Positions 31,996 through 42,593 of a stretch of DNA of 64,000 nt are shown piece by piece. Source of the DNA: Candidatus Latescibacterota bacterium (GTDB taxonomy: Bacteria; Latescibacterota; UBA2968; GCA-2709665); contig CBDDDZ010000003.1 in NCBI GenBank assembly GCA_965226795.1, forward strand, positions 512,001 to 576,000, given 5' to 3'. Every line of letters starts with the position of its first letter. Position 1 is the first letter of the stretch. The notes under the pieces were generated by a model, which saw nothing but the letters and a program-made list of their open reading frames with translations, ran no database searches and was not told the DNA's origin. Position numbers and translations under genes: made by a program.

Positions 31996-32612
31996 GCGAG
32001 TCGATCCGCATCCTCGTTGTCGACGATCATCCGGTCGTGCGCGACGGCCTGGCTGCGATGTTGAACACGCAGTCCGATTTCGAGGTGGTGGGAGAAGCCA
32101 GTGACGGGGAGGAGGCGGTGCGGAAGGTTGCCGATAGCGACCCCGACGTACTGTTGCTGGATCTGGAGATGCCTGGCGTTGACGGGATCGAGACCCTTCA
32201 ACGGTTGAGAGAAAGGAAGGCCCGGGCGCGGGCGATTGTATTCACGGTTTTTGATACGGACGAACGCATAGTTTCGGCGATGAAGGCTGGCGCAAAAGGC
32301 TATCTGCTCAAGGGCGCGCCCAGAGGCGATGTGTTTCGCGCCGTGCGGGTGGTCAACGAAGGCGGGTCGTTGCTCGAGCCGCTGATCGCTTCAAGGTTCC
32401 TGGACAGCATCAATAACCCGGACGCGTTGACAGCGCGGCAAAAGGAAGTGCTGAAACTGATTGCAACGGGCCTTTTAAACAAAGAAATTGCCGATCGACT
32501 CTACATTTCCGAACGCACGGTCAAGTTCCACGTCAGCGAGATCCTGGCCAAGCTCGGCGCGGGAAATCGTACAGAGGCTGTCGCTATCGCGACACAGCGA
32601 GGGTTGATTTAA
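31992..32612 (+). CDS. NarL/LuxR-family response regulator
   Basis: VVDDH, LLDLEMP, GYLLK, LuxR HTH NKEIADRLYISERTVKFH. Confidence 0.96.
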   Translation: MSESIRILVVDDHPVVRDGLAAMLNTQSDFEVVGEASDGEEAVRKVADSDPDVLLLDLEMPGVDGIETLQRLRERKARARAIVFTVFDTDERIVSAMKAGAKGYLLKGAPRGDVFRAVRVVNEGGSLLEPLIASRFLDSINNPDALTARQKEVLKLIATGLLNKEIADRLYISERTVKFHVSEILAKLGAGNRTEAVAIATQRGLI

Positions 32613-32790
32613 GCAGGCGGCATTCAGCTGTCTGCACCCTACGATCCGCTTCGAAGGGTTTGTCTATCGAGACCGCTGGCAGACATGTGGATGGAGTAAT
32701 TTCGGCATGCTATCCTCGCGCGGCATCGCTGCGCTCAGTCGCAACCAAATATGTAGAAATGAACACGCCAGCCCGCATGACGGTCAAATC

Positions 32791-32946
32791 ACTCCCCCCT
32801 TGAGGGGGAGTCGCAGAAGCCGAGCCGGCCCCCTGAGCGCTCGCCCTGCGCCTGCGGTCCCTGAGCTTGTCGAAGGGCCGAAGGATGTCGAAGGCGCTGC
32901 CCTGAGCCTGTCGAAGGGCCGGCGACGGCTGATGCGGTGGGGGGAT
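32791..32946. repeat. Nested palindromic repeat cluster (CCTGAGCxTGTCGAAGG units)
   Basis: ACTCCCCCCTTGAGGGGGAGT hairpin, then several CCCTGAGC(T/C)TGTCGAAGGG units; another unit near 49268. Confidence 0.7.
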
Positions 32947-33066
32947 TTCAACGCTATACCGTACGCAAGGTGCATGATTTATTATGAATGCATTTTGCGT
33001 AGAAGTCTTACTGTAAGGACTTAACGTCGATTTGTCCCAATACTCTAAAGAGAAGGACACGCCAAG

Positions 33067-35639
33067 ATGAAAGAAATCTACGATTGGGTACCGTGGTTTC
33101 AAAAGTTGGCACGAAACATCGCGGAAGGTGGAGAAGCCTATCTGATCGACAGAGCGAAAAAGGTCGCATGGGGAGAAAATCAAGCTCTGCTTCAATATGG
33201 CGACGCGGCGATCGATCCGTTTTCTTTTTTTTATTTTTTGGCTTCAAAAGCCACCAGATACCAACTGAAACCCGTGTACGACAGTGTAGGCGATGTGTTT
33301 GAAATTAAGACCCCTCGCGCAGACGGGAGTGTCGATGACAGCTATACAATTCCTTCTTCCTCACGCAATTGGCTCTTTCATGGCGATTGGGATTTTTCTC
33401 CCGATTTGCTTTGGCGTTTGTTCAGGCAAGCGGAGGAAAGGAATCCAGATATAAACCCTCAGGATTTCAAGAATGTCATGGGCATTAAGAATGTCGCGGT
33501 TGTGAAATTGACGCACACATTGTTTCTGATAAATCCCGAATACTTCCAGCCGGTGGATAATTTAACCGATGAATTGTCGGAAGCCTTGGGTTTGCCGGCG
33601 CCGTCAGATTTACAGAGTGGGATAAACAAAAGCGGAGACTACGAGACATATCTGACCTTTATTGAGAAGTTAATGCAAGCATTTCCCGGATGCCGGCCGT
33701 ATGAAATTAACATGTTCTGTATCTCATTAAGCCTAAAGCGCCGAATAGATTAACGTTAGCGGTAGCTTCTATCAAATCAGCACGAACGTAATTCGACCCT
33801 GAGGGTGGTGATTATTGGGAAGACCGTGACGGCAGCTTCGAAGAAAACAACTGGGTTTATACGGGAGGACCGGGACCGGGAAAATCGTGGGACGAAGACG
33901 GGAGCTATCCTCTGACCAAACCTGCGAGGGGCGATATCATCCTGGTCAGAACGGGCAGGCAGAGGGGACGGGCAATCGGTATCGTACAGAAAAACGACTA
34001 CGCCGAGTCAGGGATGAATGAGAACAGCAGGATTCACGTTCTCTGGATAAACAAATCGGACGAGCAACTCTCGGGCTTTACGGCTATGATAGGATTTAGC
34101 GGGTCACGACCGTACGACTCGGGCATTTGAAGGTGCTTCGGGCTACAGTCGTTCGTTTGAATTGATTGGTGAATTGAAAGGAGATCCAACCGAGACGAAT
34201 CCATCGAAGATCAGGATGCCCGGAGCAGGGAGAAGATTCTGAAAAACGACTATCCATTAAATCAGATACTGTATGGTCCCCCCGGAACGGGCAAAACGTG
34301 GAATACCGTTGATTATGCCATGGCGATTATCCAAGACGAGCCGTTGGATGTAATCGAAAGGATGGAAAGAAAGGGCAAATTGCAGCGATTCGACGAATTG
34401 AGAGAGAACGGCCAGATTGAAATGGTGACGTTTCATCAGAACTACAATTACGAGGATTTCATCGAGGGCATCAGGCCAGTCTTGTCCGATGACATTTATG
34501 AAGAAGGAAAAGTAGAGTATGAACTATCACGTGGGTATTTCGGGGAATCCGGAACGTGATTGGATAACACTGGCGGTCTGGTCAAGCAGGACGAGTCCTG
34601 GAACTTAGATGATTTGCTTCAGGCCTTTGCCGAGTGGATTGACGATAGTTTGGACTCAGAAGCGATTCAATGAATTGATCGAAAAAGTGGCCAGATCGAA
34701 TCATGGTGACTTTCACCAGAACGTTTACATTGGCTGGTATGAAGGACTATTACCTTACGAGAAATGGCATCAGGAATTACAAGGCCTCTTGCAACGGGCT
34801 GATCAATGGATGAAGAATTAAATCTTGAATATGAACTCAGCATCGCGATACTACTTGGTGTTCCAAAAAATAAAGGAAATTGCAGAACGTGCCAACCAGA
34901 TAAAGCGGTGGTGACATAGAGCAGAATTACGTCCTGATCATCGATGAAATCAATCGTGGCAATATCGCTAAGATTTTCGGCGAGTTGATTACGCTGATTG
35001 AAGATTCCAAGCGGATCGGTGGGATGATGAGGCGACCGTCACGCTCCCGTATTCCAAGGAAGAATTTGGAGTGCCAGGACAACCTGTACATTATCGGCAC
35101 CATGAATACCGCTGATCGGTCGATCGCCCTTCTGGATACCGCATTGCGGCGGCGGTTCGAGTTTGTCGAAATGATGCCAAAGCCGGATCATCCTGATATT
35201 AGTCAGGATATCGAGGGCGTGAACGGCCAAAGTTACTGCCGCAATGAACGAGCGCATCCGGTTTCTGCTGGACCGCGAGCATCAGATCGGACATACCTAT
35301 TTCCTGGGAATTGATGACTTGAAATCGCTTGAGGCAGCGTTCAAACATAAAATCATACCGTTGCTGCAGGAGTACTTCTACGATAATTGGGAGAAAATCG
35401 ACCTGGTCTTGAATCGTAACGGGTTTATTCAAAAAATCCAGATTGAGAGCGGCCTGTTTAAGGATTCAGACTTGATTGACAATCAGACTGAAAGTTATGA
35501 GTTGCTGCCAGTCGACGACGGCAAATGGCGTGATCCGAAACAGTACCGGAAAATCTACGAGAATGGGAAACAAGGCGAGCCGGTGAAAGTAAAGAGGACT
35601 CCTGAATATGCCCAACACGCGGGTAGTCAGAGAACATGA
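33067..35639 (+). pseudogene. mcrB: McrB-like AAA+ GTPase, multiply frameshifted
   Basis: YGPPGTGKT (~34270), VTFHQNYNYEDFIEG, LIIDEINRGN, GTMNTADRSIALLDTALRRRF in different frames. Confidence 0.85.
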
Positions 35640-36849
35640 AGAACTGAAGGGTCTCAGTCCGGAGGAGCTTCGTGACCTGAAGGAGTTCGCCCTCGAACAC
35701 CAAAGAGATGATTTGGGCAACTACAGGCCGGTATTGACAGTCAGAAACGGCAAACTGAAGGCCGGAAACTACGTCGGGATTATCGAAACCCGCATGCGAA
35801 CCGTGCTGGAAATCCTGCCGAAGGTCGATTTTTCGGACGGCGATGAAAATACCAAACGGATTCTCTTCGAAATGTTACGCACCTGGCGCGGTTTCAAATC
35901 GTTAGCCGTATTCAACGAGAGCCAGATCAACGCCGTGCGGCGTTTCAATATGCTGGAGGTGTTCGTCCATCTCTTTTTGAACAACCTCGTCATGCTCACA
36001 CAGCGCGGGCTTGCCCGCCACTATCAGCCGGTTGAGGACAACCTGCCCTGCCTCCGCGGGCGCATTTTGTTTCCCCAACACATCCGGGAAAATTCGTCCA
36101 ATCGCGCGCGTTTTTACGTGGGCTACGACGAGTTCAGCGCCGATCGCCCAGCCAATCGATTGATTCATAGCACGATTGACAGACTGATCGGAACGGTTCG
36201 CCAGCCGAGAAACCAGCAGTTGCTGCATCAGTCGCGCATCAGTTTTTCCGATATTCCGCTTTCCACGCACTTCCAGGGAGACTGGGACCGGCATCGAGTG
36301 GACCGCACGATTCAACACTACGATGCGGTGATGCAGTGGGTCGGGTTGTTTCTATTCAATCACGGACTGACCACATTCGCCGGGAGACACGTCAACCAGG
36401 CCCTGTTATTTCCTATGTGGGAGATATTCGAGGACTTTGTCGCCCACTGTCTTCGGCGGTACGGGCAGGAATTCTCGGTGCGCCAACACGGGCCACAAAA
36501 ATACCTGGTTAAGGACGACAAAAATCGTGATGTGTTCGCTTTGAAACCGGATATCAGTCTGATGTCCGGCGGCAGGACTGTCTTCATCCTGGATACGAAA
36601 TGGAAACGCATTAACGGTGAGGACGGTGATCTGAAACACGGCGTCAACCAGGCCGATATGTACCAGATGTATGTTTACGGGAAAAAATACGGCTGCAGGA
36701 AGGTCGCGCTTGTCTATCCGAAGACTGGGCGATTTTATGATCCATTACATTACAAATTTGACGATCAATTATCATTGGCCTGTCTTCCATTTGACGTGAC
36801 GAATCCGGAGCATAGCGTAAGAGAGATAATCCAGCATCTGAACAACTGA
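35608..36849 (+). CDS. mcrC: McrC-family restriction endonuclease subunit
   Basis: NYVGII, EILPK, LFPMWEIFEDFV, LKPDI...DTKWK, DMYQMYVY; overlaps mcrB end. Confidence 0.92.
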   Translation: MPNTRVVREHEELKGLSPEELRDLKEFALEHQRDDLGNYRPVLTVRNGKLKAGNYVGIIETRMRTVLEILPKVDFSDGDENTKRILFEMLRTWRGFKSLAVFNESQINAVRRFNMLEVFVHLFLNNLVMLTQRGLARHYQPVEDNLPCLRGRILFPQHIRENSSNRARFYVGYDEFSADRPANRLIHSTIDRLIGTVRQPRNQQLLHQSRISFSDIPLSTHFQGDWDRHRVDRTIQHYDAVMQWVGLFLFNHGLTTFAGRHVNQALLFPMWEIFEDFVAHCLRRYGQEFSVRQHGPQKYLVKDDKNRDVFALKPDISLMSGGRTVFILDTKWKRINGEDGDLKHGVNQADMYQMYVYGKKYGCRKVALVYPKTGRFYDPLHYKFDDQLSLACLPFDVTNPEHSVREIIQHLNN

Positions 36850-36957
36850 ATTTGCTCGATACTGCCGCTGCGAGCCCGGTTAATTTATGAATTGTCAAGA
36901 TTACCTGGTTTTTTCGAAAATCAATCAACTCCACGCCCGCGCGATGGTTTGTCGATC

Positions 36958-37330
36958 CGTTGAAGAAGCGTGTCTGAAGGTGGGGCAGACATTCCTGTCT
37001 GCCCTGCTCATTGCCCTTCTGCCGCGACGTAAACAGAAGAAAGGCTTGCGTCGTCTTAGTAGACCTTATACTCGTAGTTGCGCTTTACCCACGGCTTACG
37101 CGCTTCTTGGAAGACGCGGCGATTGTCCCGAGGGATTGCGACAGCGAGGCGAGAGGTAATCCTGTAGATAGCACCTTCCTTTTTCCTATGGGGGAGGCGG
37201 CGGTGAGTCGCGGCGTGCCCGGATAACGGATTGTGAGGTTTCGGTTTGATGTATGTGAGCAGACAGGAATGTCTGCTCCACCCTTTCAATCCTTTGTTTG
37301 AGGTATCGCTTGACTGTATCAACCACCCGA
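36958..37330 (+). repeat. Composite REP-bounded non-coding element (inverted homolog at 59240-59555)
   Basis: GTGG-type palindromes at 36980 and 37258; 37180-37330 is highly similar to the reverse complement of 59240-59390. Confidence 0.8.
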
Positions 37331-37375
37331 GACAGATCGCCTTCACTTGCTTCCACTTACCACTTGGTGAATCAG

Positions 37376-37407
37376 AAAGCCCGTACCGTAATGGTACGGG
37401 CTTTTTT
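37376..37407 (+). terminator. Intrinsic terminator-like hairpin between convergent loci
   Basis: AAAGCCCGTACC-GTAAT-GGTACGGGCTTTTTT. Confidence 0.7.
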
Positions 37408-37576
37408 GTATGCGTTGAAACTGCGGCTTAGGTTTACGGAAGTTGTGTGTATCGTCTGTATTATATCATATATAGAAAATGGAGGCGGCGTCTGCCAGAA
37501 TATTCCCCAACTCTTGTGTTTTTATCCTGTCCATCCTGTCTATCCAAGTAATTTTCCGCTTGGTAAGTTAAAAAGC

Positions 37577-38644
37577 CTAAAACGTCTGGCTCAGGTTTCT
37601 GCGATGCAGGATGAACCAGATGACGACCGGTGCGCCGATGAGGGACGTGACCGCATTCAGCGGAAGAACGTATTGACTGCCCGGCAAATGGGCAAACAGA
37701 TCGGATAGCAGAGCCAGGGTTGCCCCGAGGCAGATGACGGCCGGCATTAGGGCGCGGTGATCGGACGTGTGCAGGAGACTGCGGCAAAGGTGCGGGACGG
37801 CCAGACCCAGGAACGCAATCGGGCCGCAGAAGGCGGTGGTGGCGCCGGCAAGAATGGACGCGCTGGCCAGAATCCATATGCGGGCGCGCTTCACGTTGAG
37901 GCCCATGCTGCGGGCGTAATTTTCCCCGAGCAAGAGTGCATTGAGAGGCTTGATACACACCAACGCCAGCGAAATGCCGAGCAGAATGGCGCAGACGAGA
38001 ACGGGGATCTGGCGCCACGTCACACCGCCAAAACTGCCAAAGGTCCACAGGATATACGACTGTATCTGTTCGGGAACGCTGAAGTAGATCAAAATACTGA
38101 CGAATGCCCCTGTCGCATACCCGAACATCAGACCCAGTATGAGCAGCGTCATCACACTGCTTACACTGCGAGAAACCAGCAACACGCACCCCAACACCAC
38201 GGCCGCACCCAGGATAGCCGCAAGAGCCAGGCCAAGATCACCCACGAAGCCCAGACCGGCAATCAGCGCACTGCCAGCCGCACCCGCCGTCAACACCACA
38301 ATGGCGACGCCGAGACTGGCGCCGGCGCTGATGCCAAGCACAAACGGATCGGCGAGCGGATTACGAAACAACGTCTGCATCTGCAGGCCGCTGACGGCCA
38401 GGGCGGCGCCTGCCAGAACACCGGTGATCGCCCTTGGCAAACGGATGGTGTGGATGATGATCGCCCATGCGGGAGAAGACGCTTCTTTTCCCATGAGAAC
38501 GTCGAACAGTCCGGTCAGTGGAATATGAACCGACCCGAGTGACAGGCTCAAACCGAACGCGATCAGGAGCAACAGAAACAGACCCGGTACAATGACCGCA
38601 TGCCGAGGACCCTCCCGCGCTTCATCGCTCTGTTTCGACATCAT
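37577..38644 (-). CDS. btuC: Cobalamin/iron-chelate ABC permease (FecCD/BtuC family)
   Basis: IRLPRA, QTLFRNPLADP, LLGENYARSMG, GPIAFLGLAVPH; B12 locus context. Confidence 0.88.
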   Translation of the reverse strand: MMSKQSDEAREGPRHAVIVPGLFLLLLIAFGLSLSLGSVHIPLTGLFDVLMGKEASSPAWAIIIHTIRLPRAITGVLAGAALAVSGLQMQTLFRNPLADPFVLGISAGASLGVAIVVLTAGAAGSALIAGLGFVGDLGLALAAILGAAVVLGCVLLVSRSVSSVMTLLILGLMFGYATGAFVSILIYFSVPEQIQSYILWTFGSFGGVTWRQIPVLVCAILLGISLALVCIKPLNALLLGENYARSMGLNVKRARIWILASASILAGATTAFCGPIAFLGLAVPHLCRSLLHTSDHRALMPAVICLGATLALLSDLFAHLPGSQYVLPLNAVTSLIGAPVVIWFILHRRNLSQTF

Positions 38645-39687
38645 ACAGTTTTTCCCGATTCTGACACGGTATCTATTCCACTTTCGCCCTTGATTGCCAG
38701 GACCAAGTCGTAAATGGAATGATATTCCCGGGTTATACCGCCGCGCTCGACCCGCCAGGCGCCGGTTTCAGCGTCTCGGATGTCGATACGCCGTTCGGAT
38801 CCGGTGTCAACCACCTGAAACCCCGCCCTCTCGAGTGCGCGCACGGTCCAATAGGCGCGCCGCCCCTTCCCCGTAACGGCGACCGTGGCGCGGCCGCGCT
38901 CCGGGGTGAGCCTGAATGCACCCGTATCGGCGTCAAAACGTACGCCATCGCTCTGGAATGCCGTTTCAAAAGCACCATTCAGGATTAAATCCTCCGGCGC
39001 GCCTGACTGTAAAGCGCCCTCTGACGGCAAGAGATAAATGCGGTCTGCACAGCGCAACGCCAGGTCCAGATCGTGCGTCGAGAGGAGAATCGCTTTCCGG
39101 GTCGTATGTGCGAGGTTTCGCAATAATGCCATGATTTCAACGCGGCGGGGCAGATCCAGAAAGGCCGTGGGTTCATCCATAATCATGAGGTCGGGCTGCT
39201 GCGCCAGCGCGCGCGCAATCATTACCTTCTGGCGCTCGCCATCGCTGAGTTCGGCCACGTTGCGGTGTTCCAATTTCTCGGCGCGGGCAACCCGCATTGC
39301 CCATGAAACGGCCTGCTCGTCTTCGTCGCCGAAGCGTCCGATCCAATCGGTGTGGGGATACCGCCCAAGGCCGACGAGGTCGCGCACCGTCATGGCACCA
39401 ACGCTGATGCGATCCGTGAGTACGACGCTGAGCGCTTGCGCAACTTCGGTCGCAGACATCTCCGCGATGTCTGCACCTGCGAGACGAACGCGCCCATGCA
39501 GCGATGGCTGCATCCCGGCAAGCGTGCGCATAAGCGTGGATTTCCCCGCGCCATTGGGCCCCAGCAGGCAGACAAAGTCGCCCGGAGCGAGCGATACGTC
39601 GATATTGCGGGCTACGACGCGAGGCGGCCTGCGACCGCGTTTGTAACCGATGGAGAGATCCTGCGCCGTTAGAATCGCCTCAGCCAC
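38641..39687 (-). CDS. btuD: Cobalamin/iron-chelate ABC ATP-binding protein
   Basis: GPNGAGKST, LSDGERQK, MDEPT, STHD. Confidence 0.88.
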   Translation of the reverse strand: MAEAILTAQDLSIGYKRGRRPPRVVARNIDVSLAPGDFVCLLGPNGAGKSTLMRTLAGMQPSLHGRVRLAGADIAEMSATEVAQALSVVLTDRISVGAMTVRDLVGLGRYPHTDWIGRFGDEDEQAVSWAMRVARAEKLEHRNVAELSDGERQKVMIARALAQQPDLMIMDEPTAFLDLPRRVEIMALLRNLAHTTRKAILLSTHDLDLALRCADRIYLLPSEGALQSGAPEDLILNGAFETAFQSDGVRFDADTGAFRLTPERGRATVAVTGKGRRAYWTVRALERAGFQVVDTGSERRIDIRDAETGAWRVERGGITREYHSIYDLVLAIKGESGIDTVSESGKTV

Positions 39688-39714
39688 CGCGCACCTCCGG
39701 AAAAATCAAAGGCC

Positions 39715-39966
39715 TTACTTCAAAAGTCCAAGGCGCTCAAGGTCGTCCTCTACCCACTGAGCTTGTCGCTCTACGATCGACTTGAGTGTACCCACTGCAA
39801 ACGTCTGATTCATGCTGTGTAAATGGGCGGTCGTCATTCTCCCATCCGCGTGCACAAAAAAACGGGTCGCGCTTTTCCTTCTGTATTCACGAAACCCGTC
39901 TCTGTTTAATGCCCGCATCAATCTGCGTGCCGTCAGTAAACGAAGCCTGCTGTAACCAATTGCCAT
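39715..39966 (-). CDS. hicA: HicA-family toxin
   Basis: 83 aa; ALNRDGF...H...GTLKSI pattern; adjacent hicB. Confidence 0.8.
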   Translation of the reverse strand: MAIGYSRLRLLTARRLMRALNRDGFREYRRKSATRFFVHADGRMTTAHLHSMNQTFAVGTLKSIVERQAQWVEDDLERLGLLK

Positions 39967-39967
39967 A

Positions 39968-40225
39968 TCAGATGGCTACGGTGACCATTGGCACATCGCC
40001 GACCTCAATCTGAGAAGATGGCTCGGAAGGTATCTCGTCTCCATTCTCCAGCAAGTACGCAACAAGAAGATCAACAGCGTTCTTTAAATTCCGCAGGGTA
40101 TTTCCCCAGCTTGCAGCCCCTCTATGTTCCAACGCGGGAATATAAGCTCGCCACACCGCTTTTGAATCCGGCTCATCAGGCCATTTGTCTTTCTCCAGGA
40201 CAGCCTTAAATAGATATGTTTTCAT
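39968..40225 (-). CDS. hicB: HicB-family antitoxin (short, no DNA-binding domain)
   Basis: W.AYIPAL..GAASWG.T...NLKNAVDL...GDEIP; start re-called to MKTYL. Confidence 0.8.
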   Translation of the reverse strand: MKTYLFKAVLEKDKWPDEPDSKAVWRAYIPALEHRGAASWGNTLRNLKNAVDLLVAYLLENGDEIPSEPSSQIEVGDVPMVTVAI

Positions 40226-40425
40226 TTTTTCCTCAGAACAGATTATATCACGAACGGCTTGGAAATAGACGATTCTTTCAAGGCATTCAAGCCTTATGGT
40301 CCCCAATCGGGCATACCGACTGTTATAAGAATACCCGTGACGTTGTCCAGTGCATTTGGAACCGTGTGAGAAAAATATCGGACTGAGCGTGGAAAGTCAA
40401 CGCACGGCGGATGTACACACCACGG

Positions 40426-42015
40426 CTATTTGGCCATCACCATCTTGCGCGTGACCACGTCTGTACCTGCTTGAAGCCGATACAGGTACAAACCCGTACT
40501 CACCTGTCGCCCGGCAGCGTCACGCCCGTCCCACACGACCGTATAGTTTCCCGCGGGCTGGAACTGTCGAACCAGCAACCGGACCTCCTGGCCCAATAGG
40601 TTGTAGATTGCCAGTTTCACGGCGACTGCTTTGTCCAGAGAATAGCGAATGGAGGTGGCGGGATTGAACGGATTCGGACGGTTCGTTCCCAGCGAAGCCG
40701 CAAGTGCCCTGATGGGGTGTACATCGCCATTTAAATTGACCTCATAAGTCACACGCCGTCCGGGCATCAGCGGAATGCTGTGCCAGCTTGCAATGGTTGC
40801 GCCGTCTGTGGAGCGCACGCGCGCCCGGTACATGCCGTTTACACGACGTCGCTCGTCCGCTGTCACCATTACCACGGCACGCCCCGTCTCTTCTGTCGTC
40901 TTGCGCCACGCATAGACGGGCGCGCGGCCGGAAATCGAACGCGAAACTTCCACCGTAAGACCGCTCGGATCGCCATCGCCAACGACCTGTACATCCACCA
41001 GGGCGACACCTTCGAAAGCCGTATCGTTCTCCAGGTATATCCCGGCACCGACGATAAACGTCTGTCCGAATACGTTGATCGGCATCACGTAGCTCAACTT
41101 GGGCGACTGTGTGTCTTCATCTCCGATGACCGCCGGATTATCCCAATAGTATTTCACAAACCCGCCCCCCGCTACCCCTGTCGCAATGATCTCCCGGACA
41201 ATTTTGACCCCGTTGACGTCTTCGACGTCGATCATATTTTCCCCATATTGACTGGGGTCGGCGGTCCCGTGAAAGATCAGTACACCTGAGGTACTCACCA
41301 CAAAGATGTAAATCGAGCGATATTTGAAATCCTCGCCCTCGGTCCTGATCGCGGCCTGGACGGTTGCCAGGTAGGGATAACCCTTTTCCTCGATGATGGG
41401 AACGAGAACTCCCAGACCTTCCACAAAAGCTTTCAGAGACTCCCTGTCCTTCACGTCACGGGCCGTTACCGCCAGCAACTCAAAGATGTTCGGTTCGGCG
41501 TCGACGTCCGACAGGTCCATATGAAAACCGCCCGACAGGATAAACTCACTGCCCTGAACGGTAACCGGAACCGCGTAGATCACCCTGGCTGAATCGGCGT
41601 CTCCCTCCACGGCAGGATCGTCCCAATAGTACTCGACGAATCCGCCGCCGCCATTGGCCGCGTCGAGCATGTCACGGACGATTTTCGTGCCCCTTGCATC
41701 TTCGAGATCGATCACATTCTTGTCCTCAAACGTCACATCCGCGGCGTGAAATTGTACGAGGCCTTCGGCAGTCATTACAACGAGATAGACCGAACCGGCC
41801 TTCCAGTCATCCTCGGTCCTGAATGCCTCCAACAATCGCGAGACCTCGGCGAAGTCGGCGGCGCTTTCCAGGGAATCCTTGGCCGTTTCCACAAAGGCCA
41901 TCAGTGTTTCCCGGTCCACCACGTCGCCCGCCGTTGTCCTATTCTCCTGCGCAGAGGCGGGATGCATAGAAAAACAGATACCAGCCAACGCCAGAATCGT
42001 CATCAGAGATCTCAT
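40426..42015 (-). CDS. Secreted protein: two Cache-like domains plus C-terminal FlgD-Ig/Por-CTD-like domain
   Basis: Signal peptide; two repeats D.EDxxG.KIVR.....GGGFV.YYWD.P; C-terminal NRPNPFNPATSIRY...IYNLLGQ...WDGRD..G..VSTGLYLY. Confidence 0.8.
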   Translation of the reverse strand: MRSLMTILALAGICFSMHPASAQENRTTAGDVVDRETLMAFVETAKDSLESAADFAEVSRLLEAFRTEDDWKAGSVYLVVMTAEGLVQFHAADVTFEDKNVIDLEDARGTKIVRDMLDAANGGGGFVEYYWDDPAVEGDADSARVIYAVPVTVQGSEFILSGGFHMDLSDVDAEPNIFELLAVTARDVKDRESLKAFVEGLGVLVPIIEEKGYPYLATVQAAIRTEGEDFKYRSIYIFVVSTSGVLIFHGTADPSQYGENMIDVEDVNGVKIVREIIATGVAGGGFVKYYWDNPAVIGDEDTQSPKLSYVMPINVFGQTFIVGAGIYLENDTAFEGVALVDVQVVGDGDPSGLTVEVSRSISGRAPVYAWRKTTEETGRAVVMVTADERRRVNGMYRARVRSTDGATIASWHSIPLMPGRRVTYEVNLNGDVHPIRALAASLGTNRPNPFNPATSIRYSLDKAVAVKLAIYNLLGQEVRLLVRQFQPAGNYTVVWDGRDAAGRQVSTGLYLYRLQAGTDVVTRKMVMAK

Positions 42016-42320
42016 GATATTATTCTCCCTGGAAATGTCGTATTGGATTGTATGAACATGGCAGATCATGATAGCGGTGGGTGTTCAGAAAGTCAACGTA
42101 CGCAAGAGGAACAGCGCAGAAACCGCGAGAGCCGTTGCGAGCAGACAGGTGACACTGACAAAGACGCACATGCGCCGCATATCCTCGGGCCGGCCGCCTT
42201 CCGGGTCGGATTCATCGCCCAGCCAGAGGTCCGTAATCCGTGGAATCAGTTTTCAGCCGTCAGCTTAACCTGGTTAACGATACGGCCTGGCGATATCAAT
42301 TTACGCATATCCGTTTGTTT

Positions 42321-42344
42321 GTAGGGGCGGTTCGCGAACCGCCC
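42321..42344 (+). repeat. GTAG-type REP-like palindrome
   Basis: GTAGGGGCGGTTCGCGAACCGCCC; identical inverted copy at 55303-55326. Confidence 0.8.
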
Positions 42345-42593
42345 GCCTTGTGGATCCTCAAGTTTCATCCCTCGGCCACCCGGTGGTGGCGCGAGGGCTT
42401 TTGTTCGCGGCATAAAACGTGCCGCTCACCATCAGCCTCGAACGCCAACACCAGGCGTCCCCTGTTGTCCCGATAAACCTCCGGAACAACAGGTCACCCG
42501 CTACGCGGGCGGACGTAGATTCCGCGCTCTATCACACAACATCACTATCGTACCGAACCTCGTGAGGTACTATCAAGCTTACGGTTGTGGTGT

